Of a stretch of DNA of 44,921 nucleotides, positions 1 through 8,555 are shown piece by piece (the first letter of the stretch is position 1; every line of letters begins with the position of its first letter). The stretch comes from Acidobacteria bacterium AH-259-G07 (GTDB lineage: Bacteria > Acidobacteriota > UBA6911 > RPQK01 > JADFOI01), in assembly GCA_027717925.1 (NCBI GenBank), contig JALLON010000001.1, positions 1 to 44,921 of the forward strand, in the 5' to 3' direction. The position numbers were made by a program, and so were the translations under genes. The notes beneath the pieces are model-generated. The model saw nothing but the letters and a program-made list of their open reading frames with translations. It was not told the origin of the DNA and ran no database searches.

Positions 1-2
1 CG

Positions 3-2747
3 GTGAGCTATCTGGGGTTTGATCGGGAGCGTCAGCAGCCGCTGGAGCGGGCGCTCTTTGAGCGGCCTCGGGGGCAGGAGCGGACGGTGCACCGGCTGAA
101 GGAGACGCTGGTGGGCGGCCAGGTGCGCTTTGTGAATGAAGAGCAGGAGAGACCCATCGGGGAGTTTTCGGCCTACTACGTGAGCCCGGGAAGGGGGCCG
201 CAGGGGATTGCCCAGCTGAGCTACACCGTCACCAACACAGAACCGGATAACCCCACGCTGGATCCGTTGGTCGAGTACATCCAGGGCCGGTTTCTGCCCG
301 ATGAGCGCTCCATCATGGTGGCTCTGCCAGAGGGCGCGCCCCGGAAGCCCAAAGTCTCCGAAATCGACAACCCTCTCCCCCTGGTCCATATTCTGATTCC
401 GTTCGAGTTCCGAGTGGAAAGACCGGGTGAGTACGAACGCTGGTACTCCTACACTTGGGAAAACTTCGACGGGGGGTTGGATGGCATCGTCATTGACCTT
501 CCGGCCTTGAGCGTGCGTCCGACCCATGGGGAGTATTTCCCCCTGAACATACAAATCAAGGATCCGCTGTGGATGGAGCGAAACCTGCTCGACTTCACCT
601 TTTCCTTGAAGGCGGGAGAACCCAAAAGGCTGTGGCTGGACACGCGGGACCGACTCCTTCCCAATGGCTACAGTTTTTATCTCACCATCGCCGGCGCCGG
701 TCCGGACTTCGGTGCCGATGCTCTGGAGGGGACCCGGATACACCTTGTTTTCAAGGAGCGCCGGCGAGCGCGAGCCGAACACGAAAAAGACCGTTTCACT
801 CAAGTGATCGACAACGTAGGCAATTTTCTGGAATGGGGGAGCAACAAGAAGCGGCTCAAGCTTTACGACCGCTACAGCCGGGACATTACCGATCTTCTGC
901 GGGTCAATCCGGATCATGTGCGGGGCCGTTATTACTGGAGCTATCTCAACACGGAACAACCCTGGCCGGCCTTTGAGCAGCGCCAGGCCCCAACCGATGT
1001 TCCCTTGTGGGCTTTTCGGCAGATTGAGTTGCTGAAGCTGTACCGGCAGTTCATCAACTGGTGGATTGACGAAAGACAGATCGAAAACGGGGAATTCGGG
1101 GGAGGGTTGTCCGATGACGGAGACCTGACGAATCTCTGGCCGGGAGCGGCTTTGATGGGAATTGATCCGGAGAAGATCACCCAATCGGTCCGCATCGAAA
1201 TGGATGCCTTTTACGACAACGGCATGTTCACCAATGGACTGAACACGATTTTGACGGATGCTCTTCACACCTACGAAGAGGGGATTCAAGTCTTGCCGCA
1301 GACGATGCTGCTGGAGTACGGGGACCCAAAGGTGGTGGAGCGGATCATGGCGACGGCCCAAGCGCTGGAGGGAATTACGGGGATTGACCAGTTCGGACAT
1401 CGTCACATCCGCTCCATGTATTTCAATGGGACGCAGATATCCGAGGACCCGGTTTGGGCAAGGGCCTACACGGACCGGTCCTACTTGATCCTGCAGCCGG
1501 GGCTGGTCCTGGTGGAGTACAACGGGCATCCGGCGCTCAAAAAGCTGCTGCTGGAGCTGGCGGATGGGCTGCTGGCGCATCGCAAGCAAGACCAAGAGGG
1601 GAATTACTATCTGCCGGCCGAGATTTCTTTTCCGAGCGGCGAGGGGCGTGGGCGGACTTTGGGTTCGGCGGCCCATCTGTTCTGGGCGGCCTGGCGATGG
1701 ACCGGCGATGAGAAGTACCTGTTGCCCATCACGGACCAAATCAAACCGGAAGATTTCGCGGTGCTGCGCTCTTTGAATGCCAATCTGATCGACTTGTTGG
1801 ACAAGCGCGAGACTTGGGGACAGACGATCTCCACGCTGGTCGACAGCGGCGCAAAGAATTACTTGTGGGAAAAGTACATTCGAGAGAGCCGTGCCTTCAA
1901 GTTTTACAAACATGTTGCCTGGCAGGTGACCGGAAAAGAGAGTTTTTTGGAAGAATACTACGCCGATCAGATTCAGGACACCTCCCAACGAATGGAAATG
2001 TTTACCGAAGATCACTGGTGGGTCGATCGAGTGGGTTTTCCCAGTGGAGAGCTACAACGATCTCGCCTTGGAGGGGTAGCGCTTCTTCGGGGTAGGATTT
2101 ATCCTGGACACGTTATCAGCTGGAAGTTCAAGGAACCCGCCAGGGCGGAAAGTGTGGCCATCCTGGTACCTCAAGCCACGCCCACAGCCGCCAATATTGT
2201 CGCCTTTAACCTTGAAAACGAACCGGTAACAGCAACCCTCACTGCCTGGGATCTCGATCCCGGAACCTGGGAAGTTACGGTGGGTGTTGACAACGACGGC
2301 GATGACACTGCCGACAGCTTGAGCCGCAAGGAAACCATCCGGCTGCAGCGGACAGAACAGCTGGAACTGGTTCTCGAGCCCAAGGTAAGTACGATCGTTC
2401 AGTTAAACCTCAAATCCAGGGCCAGTGCGCTCTGGGGCCGGCCGGATCTGGGTATTGGCCGGGAGGATGTGAAGGTGGAGGGCAGCCAGGTTACGGTCAC
2501 GATCCACAGTCTGGGTTCGGTGGATGCACCACGTACTTCAGTGGCACTAAGGGATCCGTCCGGACAGATCGTCGCTACTGCTCCTGTCCCCGCCCTGAAA
2601 GCGCCCCTGGATCTTCTGCCGAAATCGGCCACAGTGACGCTTGCAGCGCCGGGAGGTACGAATCTGAGTGGCTATAACATCCGTGTCGACCCTGAAAATG
2701 AAATCGAGGAGATTACCACTCGCAATAACATTGTAAGTCTCCCTTGA
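3..2747 (+). CDS. Large hypothetical protein, 5'-partial (probably continues upstream of the window); helical-repeat body with a C-terminal CARDB-like beta-sandwich domain
   Basis: ORF track 3..2747. The GTG at 3 is only the first in-frame start-like codon; there is no signal peptide or RBS, so the gene probably runs off the 5' edge. The last ~90 aa (VTVTIHSLGSVDAP...YNIRVDPENEIEEITTRNN) fit the CARDB pattern VDPxNxIxE..NN. An internal TGDEKYL helical motif recurs in the other glycan-active enzymes here. A 9-nt gap to the next gene suggests co-transcription. Confidence 0.45.
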   Translation: MSYLGFDRERQQPLERALFERPRGQERTVHRLKETLVGGQVRFVNEEQERPIGEFSAYYVSPGRGPQGIAQLSYTVTNTEPDNPTLDPLVEYIQGRFLPDERSIMVALPEGAPRKPKVSEIDNPLPLVHILIPFEFRVERPGEYERWYSYTWENFDGGLDGIVIDLPALSVRPTHGEYFPLNIQIKDPLWMERNLLDFTFSLKAGEPKRLWLDTRDRLLPNGYSFYLTIAGAGPDFGADALEGTRIHLVFKERRRARAEHEKDRFTQVIDNVGNFLEWGSNKKRLKLYDRYSRDITDLLRVNPDHVRGRYYWSYLNTEQPWPAFEQRQAPTDVPLWAFRQIELLKLYRQFINWWIDERQIENGEFGGGLSDDGDLTNLWPGAALMGIDPEKITQSVRIEMDAFYDNGMFTNGLNTILTDALHTYEEGIQVLPQTMLLEYGDPKVVERIMATAQALEGITGIDQFGHRHIRSMYFNGTQISEDPVWARAYTDRSYLILQPGLVLVEYNGHPALKKLLLELADGLLAHRKQDQEGNYYLPAEISFPSGEGRGRTLGSAAHLFWAAWRWTGDEKYLLPITDQIKPEDFAVLRSLNANLIDLLDKRETWGQTISTLVDSGAKNYLWEKYIRESRAFKFYKHVAWQVTGKESFLEEYYADQIQDTSQRMEMFTEDHWWVDRVGFPSGELQRSRLGGVALLRGRIYPGHVISWKFKEPARAESVAILVPQATPTAANIVAFNLENEPVTATLTAWDLDPGTWEVTVGVDNDGDDTADSLSRKETIRLQRTEQLELVLEPKVSTIVQLNLKSRASALWGRPDLGIGREDVKVEGSQVTVTIHSLGSVDAPRTSVALRDPSGQIVATAPVPALKAPLDLLPKSATVTLAAPGGTNLSGYNIRVDPENEIEEITTRNNIVSLP

Positions 2748-2756
2748 CAACTTGAA

Positions 2757-4304
2757 TTGAATCCTACAATGGCTCCCAAAACCCGTGCTAAGGAAGTTTC
2801 AATAAACTGGCGAAATCGGTGCGCAAAGATTGTGTTCATGGCCGTTTTCGTTGTGCATTCTGCGCTGGCGACATGGGCGGCACCAACACGAAAAGAGGTG
2901 CTGGCAGCCATGAAGACGGCAACCGACTTCATGATGAATACGGTTTCGACGAGAGGCGGGTTTGTCCAGAAGTACTCACTGGATCTCAAAGAAAAATACG
3001 GTGAACTCAAGGCTCGTGACTCCATGATCTGGGTCGAACCCCCTGGTACACCAACCGTGGGGCTCATGCTGATTGAAGCCCACCGTACAACCAACGACGC
3101 CCAGTACCTGGAGTACGCCGACCGCGTCGCCGGCGCACTGATTTGGGGACAGCTGCCATCCGGAGGCTGGCACTACTTCATCGATTTCGATATGGAGGGT
3201 GTCCAGAAGTACTACGATGAGTTCCTGTCACAGAGTTGGGGCTGGGAGGAATACTACCACTACTACGGTAATGGGACCTTTGACGATGATACCACGGCGT
3301 CCGCCACACGTTTTCTGCTCAGACTATACGCGACGACCCTAGATCCGAAATACAAGAGCCCCCTGCTCAAAGCACTGGACTTTACTCTGGACGCCCAGTA
3401 CCCCAACGGGGCCTGGCCTCAACGCTACCCGCTCTCCCGCGAATTCCGCCATCATGGCCACCCGGATTACACTTCGTTTTACACCTTCAATGATGGCGTC
3501 ATCTCAAACAACGTTGGTGCCCTGGTCGAAGCCTATGAAAAGCTTGGCGACAAAAAGTATTGGGAAGCCGCCCGCAGAGGAATGGATTTTTACATCCTCT
3601 CCCAGCTGCCCAGCCCTCAGACCGGATGGGCCCAGCAGTATGGCTTTGATATGAAGCCAGCCTGGGCTCGAAGCCAGGAGATGAATGCCGTCTCTTCCGG
3701 GCAAACCTTTCAAAACGTACGAGATCTGATGAACTTCTACCGGGTGACGGGGGATCGCAGATATCTGGAACCCATCCCGAAAGCCATTCGCTGGCTGGAG
3801 ACGGCACGTATCCCGGAAACGAACCGGCCCGGCGGCTATACACAGTTTTATGAACTCGGATCAAACCGGCCGGTCTACCAGAGACGAGAAGGAACTCCTC
3901 CCGATTTCCTGTGGGTGAAAACTTATGATGCCGCGGGGGTCTATCCGTTGGGTGTTCGGTTCGAGCTGGATGTGTCGGGCCTGGAGAGGGAGTTCCAGCA
4001 GGTTAGGAGCCTGTCGCCGTTGCAAGCTCGGTCTGAGTACGAACGAAGCAGAACCTATACCCACCCCAGGATTCAGCGTCCCGATCCCCTGGCCGACTAC
4101 CGGGTCCTGGCAAGAGACGCCGATGAGATCCGGCAGCTCATTGAGTCTCTGGACGAGAGGGGGGGATGGGTGGTCGAAACTCAGATGTCGGATCGAGAAG
4201 ATTTCATTAACAATCCTCCCCACAGATTCAAAGCCTACGATACAGGAACCTACGTGACACGCATGTACCGTTTGATCAATTATCTCAACTCCTTGAAACC
4301 TTAG
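2757..4304 (+). CDS. PL10 (PelA/Pel-15E family)-like polysaccharide lyase, exported; distal paralogue of the tandem trio at 38.3-43.5 kb
   Basis: Hydrophobic N-terminus (IVFMAVFVVHSALATWA). Motifs are colinear with the PL10/TIGR02474 consensus as I recall it: GTFDDDTTASATRFLLRLY (TIDNxAT..RFL), LDAQYPNGAWPQRYPL (QYPNGGWPQ.YP), YTFNDGVISNN (ITFNDDAM), and GWAQQY..MKPAWARSQE (W.QHD..P..AR.YE, carrying the catalytic Arg). Start is TTG at 2757 or ATG at 2769. Confidence 0.65.
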   Translation: MNPTMAPKTRAKEVSINWRNRCAKIVFMAVFVVHSALATWAAPTRKEVLAAMKTATDFMMNTVSTRGGFVQKYSLDLKEKYGELKARDSMIWVEPPGTPTVGLMLIEAHRTTNDAQYLEYADRVAGALIWGQLPSGGWHYFIDFDMEGVQKYYDEFLSQSWGWEEYYHYYGNGTFDDDTTASATRFLLRLYATTLDPKYKSPLLKALDFTLDAQYPNGAWPQRYPLSREFRHHGHPDYTSFYTFNDGVISNNVGALVEAYEKLGDKKYWEAARRGMDFYILSQLPSPQTGWAQQYGFDMKPAWARSQEMNAVSSGQTFQNVRDLMNFYRVTGDRRYLEPIPKAIRWLETARIPETNRPGGYTQFYELGSNRPVYQRREGTPPDFLWVKTYDAAGVYPLGVRFELDVSGLEREFQQVRSLSPLQARSEYERSRTYTHPRIQRPDPLADYRVLARDADEIRQLIESLDERGGWVVETQMSDREDFINNPPHRFKAYDTGTYVTRMYRLINYLNSLKP

Positions 4305-4361
4305 AGTTTATAGAAATCTCTTACACAACGTGAGAGAGGAATCAAGAGACGGGAGACCATC

Positions 4362-4853
4362 ATGAAACACTTCACAAACATCTGCTGTCTTTGGGCACTG
4401 CTCTTTATTGCCCTCCCCGGAACCTCACCTGCGGCGGCTCAAGAATGGTCAGCCGCGCAGAAGGAGGTCTTGGCGAGCATGGAAGCCTATGCCGCGGCTT
4501 GGGAGGGGGGAAATCAGGAAGAAATCGTGAGTTATCTTCACCCGGATTTTCACAGCTGGAACTTTGAAGAAGATTTTCCAAGGAGCCGACCTTCTGGAGA
4601 AAAAAAGATTGAGCTTTTTTTGCGAAAATATGACCTCATCTCAATGGAGCTGCGACCACTCGCTATTCAAGTCTTTGGCGACGCTGCAGTTGTCCACCTC
4701 TACTTTGAGGAAATCATGAGAGACTCCACAGGCACGCACACCAACAGCTCCGGCCGCTGGACCGTCAGCCTGCTCAAAGAGAACGGCAAGTGGGTTTTCA
4801 CCAGCTTTGCCTGGATCTCGACTGCACTGGTGCATGACTGGCCTCGACATTAG
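4362..4853 (+). CDS. Small exported SnoaL/NTF2-like (DUF4440-type) protein
   Basis: Signal peptide MKHFTNICCLWALLFIALPGTSPAAAQ. The size (~135 aa mature) and the C-terminal beta pattern (GRWTVSLLKENGKWVFTSFAW) are typical of NTF2-like/SnoaL folds. GGAG-like RBS (gacgggagaccatcATG). Confidence 0.4.
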   Translation: MKHFTNICCLWALLFIALPGTSPAAAQEWSAAQKEVLASMEAYAAAWEGGNQEEIVSYLHPDFHSWNFEEDFPRSRPSGEKKIELFLRKYDLISMELRPLAIQVFGDAAVVHLYFEEIMRDSTGTHTNSSGRWTVSLLKENGKWVFTSFAWISTALVHDWPRH

Positions 4854-4951
4854 CGCTGCAAGACGCCCTGAAGTGGGTTCTTGGCAAAGCTGCTAGTTAG
4901 TGGACACAGGCTTGAGCGATTTTTTTTAGATTATAAACGGGAGGACATCCT

Positions 4952-7261
4952 ATGCTAAGACGGATCCACACGGTTGTCCATCTGGGCCTGCTCTTCGCGG
5001 TTACTGTCGTGGCGGCGGCCCAAGGGCAGGGTATCCAGGGGATGCCGGTTGTGGGCTACGCCGACCGGTTCAGTGTGCAGCCGAGTGAAATCATCCGATT
5101 CATGGTGAGTTGTGAGCTGCCGAAGTATCGTGCCGACATTGTGCGATTGATCCATGGTGACCCTAACCCGAAAGGACCGGGCTTCAAAGAGGAGGTCATC
5201 CAGGCGTCAACTAACAAGGAGTATCCAGGCCGGCACCAGGATTTGCGGAGTGGTTCGTACGTGATCGTGGCGGACAGCCGTCTCCTGCGACTGACCGGCA
5301 GTCTCACGCTGCAGGCCTGGATTACAGCAACTACGCCGCACAAGGGTGCGCAGGGGATCCTCACCAAATGGTCTGCCACTGACCGGCTGGGTTACGGACT
5401 GTTTCTGGACACGGATGGGAGCCTGGCGCTATGGCTGGGGGACGCAAACGGCCAAGTCGAGAAGGTGAGGACTGGTAAGTCCCTGCGGCCTTGGACTCCC
5501 GCCTCAGTCTATGCCGGGGGTCACCAGATGGTCAACTCGACGAGCTCGTATTTTGTGGCTGCCACGTTCGACGCGGAAAGTGGTGACGTGGCACTGTACC
5601 AGGAACCCGTTGTCAGCTGGCCTATGGACGAGAGCCGGGTGCTGACACAACGCTCGACCGCTGTGCGGTCGATAGGGCAGAGCGACGCTCCTTTTTTGAT
5701 GGCGGGCTTTTGGGAATGGCGGAGTACGGAAAGGATTGCGGTTGGTGGTCATTTCAATGGAAAGATTGAGAGCCCCCGGCTATTTGGCCGGGCCCTGACG
5801 AAAGACGAGATTCAGGCGCTCAGACAAGGCGGCAGCCCACAGGATCCGGTGGCCGCATGGGACTTTTCATTGGACATTTCCTCGCGGAAGGTCACGGACA
5901 CCTCCCCCAACAAGCTGAACGGGCAGACCGTCCACATGCCGGCACGGGCGATGACGGGATACGGTTGGACGGGACAGGAAACAGACTTCCAACAGGCTCC
6001 GGGGCAGTACGGCGCGATCTATTTTCATGACGATGATTTGGATGATGCTGGGTGGGAGGTCGACTTTGAACTTCAGATCCCGGAAAATCTGAAGAGCGGG
6101 GTGTATGCCGCACGCCTGCGAGCCGGCAACGGGGAGGACTACGTTCCATTCTTTGTGCGCCCCAGGAAAGGGACGTCCTCAGCCCGGATCGCCTTCCTGG
6201 TTCCGACGTTCAGTTATCTGGCCTACGGCAATTTTTTTGGGCCTGACGTTCCCGAGCTGTTGAGCCTTTACGATCAGCACTCCGATGGCAGCGGTGTCTT
6301 CTACGCGTCCCGGCTCCGCCCCATCCTCAATATGCGTCCCAATGGTCGAGAAACCTGGAAAGGTATCACTTTTCCACACCAGTTCAGCGCCGATCTGCAC
6401 TTGGTGGACTGGCTGGACGCCAAAGGTCACGAATACGACGTCATCACCGATGAAGACCTTCATTTTGAGGGGACAGCGTTGCTGGCGCCTTACAAGGTTG
6501 TCATCACAGGCTCCCATCCGGAGTACTGGTCAGGACAGATGCTGGATGGGCTTGAGAAGTACCTGCATCAGGGCGGGCGGCTGATGTATCTGGGCGGTAA
6601 CGGCTTCTACTGGGTGACTTCGATGGATCCGGAGCGCCGACACACCATTGAAGTCCGACGAAGAGACGGAACACAAATCTGGGAAGCCGCACCAGGCGAG
6701 TATCGCCACAGCACGACCGGTGAGGTTGGAGGGTTGTGGAGGTTTCGCGGTAGACCCCCACAGAAGCTGGTGGGTGTCGGCTTCACGGCGATGGGTCCCG
6801 AGGGAAGACCATTCCGACGCCAGCCCGGGAGTTTCGACCCCCGAGCAGCGTTCGTCTTTGAGGGGATTGGGCCAGATGAGCTGATTGGGGACTTTGCCAA
6901 CCTGGTCATGGAGTACGGAGCCGCCGGACAAGAAATTGACCGCTTCGACCATCTCCTGGGAACCCCGGCTCATGCTCTCCTGCTAGCTACGGCGTCCGGT
7001 TTTTCCGACGAATCCCAACATGTGGTAGAGGAGATGCTGCACTCGGATCCCCTGCAAGGAGGCACCACCAACCCGTGGGTCAGAGGAGACATGGTGTATT
7101 TCGAATATCCCAACGGTGGCGCGGTATTATCAGTGGGCAGCATCAACTGGTGCGGCAGTCTTTCCTACAATGGATACAACAACAACGTGTCTCAGATCAC
7201 TGATAACGTCTTGAAACAATTTGCCTCAGACGATCCGCTTTCAAGGTCGGCGGCCCAGTAG
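4952..7261 (+). CDS. N,N-dimethylformamidase large (beta) subunit-like protein (LamG-like N-terminal region + DMFase-type C-terminal domain), with signal peptide
   Basis: 769 aa, close to the size of DmfA2. Blocks colinear with DmfA2 as I recall it: IVRLIHGDPNPKGPGFKEEVI, QYGAIYFHDDDLDDAGWEVDFELQIPENLKSGVYAARLR, IAFLVPTFSYLAYGN, ITGSHPEYWS, YLGGNGFYW, NNNVSQITDNVLKQF. N-terminal signal peptide HLGLLFAVTVVAAAQGQG. Strong RBS (gggaggacatcctATG). Confidence 0.65.
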   Translation: MLRRIHTVVHLGLLFAVTVVAAAQGQGIQGMPVVGYADRFSVQPSEIIRFMVSCELPKYRADIVRLIHGDPNPKGPGFKEEVIQASTNKEYPGRHQDLRSGSYVIVADSRLLRLTGSLTLQAWITATTPHKGAQGILTKWSATDRLGYGLFLDTDGSLALWLGDANGQVEKVRTGKSLRPWTPASVYAGGHQMVNSTSSYFVAATFDAESGDVALYQEPVVSWPMDESRVLTQRSTAVRSIGQSDAPFLMAGFWEWRSTERIAVGGHFNGKIESPRLFGRALTKDEIQALRQGGSPQDPVAAWDFSLDISSRKVTDTSPNKLNGQTVHMPARAMTGYGWTGQETDFQQAPGQYGAIYFHDDDLDDAGWEVDFELQIPENLKSGVYAARLRAGNGEDYVPFFVRPRKGTSSARIAFLVPTFSYLAYGNFFGPDVPELLSLYDQHSDGSGVFYASRLRPILNMRPNGRETWKGITFPHQFSADLHLVDWLDAKGHEYDVITDEDLHFEGTALLAPYKVVITGSHPEYWSGQMLDGLEKYLHQGGRLMYLGGNGFYWVTSMDPERRHTIEVRRRDGTQIWEAAPGEYRHSTTGEVGGLWRFRGRPPQKLVGVGFTAMGPEGRPFRRQPGSFDPRAAFVFEGIGPDELIGDFANLVMEYGAAGQEIDRFDHLLGTPAHALLLATASGFSDESQHVVEEMLHSDPLQGGTTNPWVRGDMVYFEYPNGGAVLSVGSINWCGSLSYNGYNNNVSQITDNVLKQFASDDPLSRSAAQ

Positions 7262-7266
7262 GCAGG

Positions 7267-8427
7267 CTAGCTCAGGAGGGTCTTCAAGTGCAAGGTCTCC
7301 ACGCGGACCTTCGGGTATCCGATCCACAACCTGAACTTTTTCTCCACGGGTGAAAACACAGCCGCAAAATCCGTGTACATGCCCTGCTCGCCCCGCTGGC
7401 AAATAGCCCCCTGGGGACTGCGGTCGGTCATGATCTCATTTATCTTCTTTTCAGCCCGAGTCAGCCGCAGCGCATTGTCGTAACGACGCCGGCTGTTGGT
7501 GCGGATCGGCTCTCTAGCTTGAGGGTTTGTGCGTGCAAACTCCGCATCCAGAATCTCATTCGTGTGCACCAGAGCGCTTCCCTCCTTCTCCGGCAATACC
7601 GCTGTGCCGGCGGCAGTCTTTTCCACCAGCGAAAGCACTCCATCTGCGTCGCCTAGCAACAGACTAAAACCCCCGGCGTTAATTGGAAGACGACGGATGT
7701 GTTCGATGGCTTCATTGACGGTGGCGCAGTTGGGAAGGATGGTGTGCAGCCCATCCAGAGAATGCATACCTCTCTGGTTGGCAACGGGGCCGTTTATACC
7801 GTTCATCCCCATCGCCAAACCGTGCTCGTTGATGCCAGCGACAGTCCAGATTGTCCCTGCAAAATGGAAATGGACGTGTCGGTGTCCCTGCTCTGGCCGA
7901 GTGGTCTCCATGATGTTCATGCCCAGTTCCCATTCCCGAATATCATCGGTCTTAGACACGAGCGGACGACCCTTCGCATCCCTGAATCCGACGACCGTGC
8001 AACTCCGAACCGGCCAGTCGAAGAAGTGGGCGGCAAAATAAGTTGGCTCATCCACACCCAATCCAGCCGCGATGCCGCGACATTCCTCAAATCCCTCAGG
8101 GTAGACCGCCTCCATGTCCCGCTGCCATTGCTCCAAATCCTTCTTGAAACGTCGTACCAGTTCAGCCCGCGAGGATAGCTCGTGTCCCTCGGCCCTTTTG
8201 CGCAAGTAGCGTTCCATCCAGGGATAGAAGAGATCCCGACAGGCCTCACCTTGCTGCTTGCCGCGTGAAAATGGACTCCCGTGCGTTTCCAGCCTCAGCA
8301 TTTTGCCGGGGGAGGCGAAGAGGTCCCGACCAAGCAAAACAGCAGATCCACCCAATGCCCACAGTCGGCCAAAGTCTCTCCGGCTTATCCCTTTTGCTTG
8401 GACCGACTCTTTGTTTCTTGCATACAT
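7267..8427 (-). CDS. Peptidase C45 / acyl-CoA:6-APA acyltransferase-like Ntn hydrolase with a twin-arginine (Tat) signal
   Basis: N-terminus ISRRDFGRLWALGGSAVLLG matches the Tat motif S-R-R-x-F. The candidate self-processing nucleophile context FFDWPVRSCTVVGF is typical of C45 members. Length 386 aa. Confidence 0.5.
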   Translation of the reverse strand: MYARNKESVQAKGISRRDFGRLWALGGSAVLLGRDLFASPGKMLRLETHGSPFSRGKQQGEACRDLFYPWMERYLRKRAEGHELSSRAELVRRFKKDLEQWQRDMEAVYPEGFEECRGIAAGLGVDEPTYFAAHFFDWPVRSCTVVGFRDAKGRPLVSKTDDIREWELGMNIMETTRPEQGHRHVHFHFAGTIWTVAGINEHGLAMGMNGINGPVANQRGMHSLDGLHTILPNCATVNEAIEHIRRLPINAGGFSLLLGDADGVLSLVEKTAAGTAVLPEKEGSALVHTNEILDAEFARTNPQAREPIRTNSRRRYDNALRLTRAEKKINEIMTDRSPQGAICQRGEQGMYTDFAAVFSPVEKKFRLWIGYPKVRVETLHLKTLLS

Positions 8428-8555
8428 TATGAAAAGCTCCCCTCTAGAGAGATATTATCAGACTCGGCTCCAGAATTCCTCCAATTTTATCTCTAAGAAC
8501 GAGTGCGAACTGCCGGATCGCCGCTACCCTGCTCGTGGCGGGCGCACGGTGAAAT

